From assembly GCA_040954595.2 (NCBI GenBank), contig CM082593.2, positions 10,239,200 to 10,303,199 on the forward strand: 64,000 nucleotides of DNA, in the 5' to 3' direction. The DNA comes from Balanoglossus misakiensis (Eukaryota; Animalia; Hemichordata). The notes beneath the pieces are model-generated. The model was given only the letters and a program-made list of their open reading frames with translations. It had not been told where the DNA came from and made no database searches. Both the position numbers and the translations under genes were made by a program. Shown here one piece after another: positions 63,483-64,000 of this stretch; within the stretch, counting starts at the first letter, position 1; each line of letters opens with the position of its first letter.

Positions 63483-64000
63483 TAGTCCTGTTTCAAAATG
63501 ACCTACATTACAGGTCCTATGCACACGTATTACATGTTCTGATTGGTTTATCCACTTCTCTAAGGTCCACTTGCGGCTCGCTGATTGGAGGGACCTTATG
63601 TGTTAGGTCTTATTACTATGTATTATTCACCAGACCTTGTAGGTTAGGTCTTATTACAATGCATTATTCACTTTACAGCTCCCTGATTGGTTAATGTGTA
63701 GGTCTGGTCCTCCAGTGTTCACTGCCTCATTATGCAGGACCTTGTAGGTTAGGTCTTATTAATATGTATTTATTCACCATACAGCTCCCTGATTGGTTAA
63801 CGTGTCAGTCTGGTCCCCCCCCAGTGTTCACTGCCTCATTGTGAAATGTCCCATGTGCTTCCTGGCTAGCGTTGTGGTAACATATTATTCGGGGTGTCCG
63901 CAGATCGTTCATTGATTTTCTGAGAAATAGCCTAACTGATACTATCTCCAACATAAACCGCACCCTGGAAAGATTAAATGATCTTTTAGGTGGACTTTGA
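63483..64000. mobile_element. Unrelated repeat-containing sequence that truncates RT (probable further insertion)
   Basis: RT similarity stops after GHGEL. The new sequence starts TAGTCCTG and has ~106-bp tandem copies (~63632-63842) of GACCTTGTAGGTTAGGTCTTATTA...CAGTGTTCACTGCCTCATT. Confidence 0.5.

Noticed and set aside
63483-63694. C-terminal extension of RT in ORF 63080-63694
   Set aside because: Read-through into unrelated repetitive sequence; no RNase H motifs.

Overview
Repeat-dense animal DNA, probably from a marine invertebrate; no host protein-coding gene could be supported. 1-17.8 kb is a 116-bp satellite interrupted by a Helentron/HINE-like element. 17.8-25.6 kb holds duplicated and nested HINE-like elements that carry a single copy of the same 116-bp unit. 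26.3-43.1 kb is a second satellite (~192-196 bp monomer, 3262-bp and 1930-bp higher-order periods). 43-50.4 kb holds HINE-like elements, a Harbinger-type MITE, a tRNA-derived SINE and a foldback element. 52.3-63.5 kb is a decayed Gmr1-type Gypsy LTR retrotransposon (tRNA-Pro PBS; gag-protease-integrase-RT order). The main finding is an apparently intact 5474-bp DNA transposon inserted in its pol gene (55999-61472). It has a 3-bp TSD (ACA), CACT...AGTG ends and bipartite TIRs (8-bp terminal motif, 18-bp divergent spacer, identical 11-mer). It encodes a spliced ~894-aa DDE transposase with RAG1/Transib/Chapaev-like motif order and a convergent 216-aa gene of unknown family. All homology calls are by-eye motif recognition; no database search was run.
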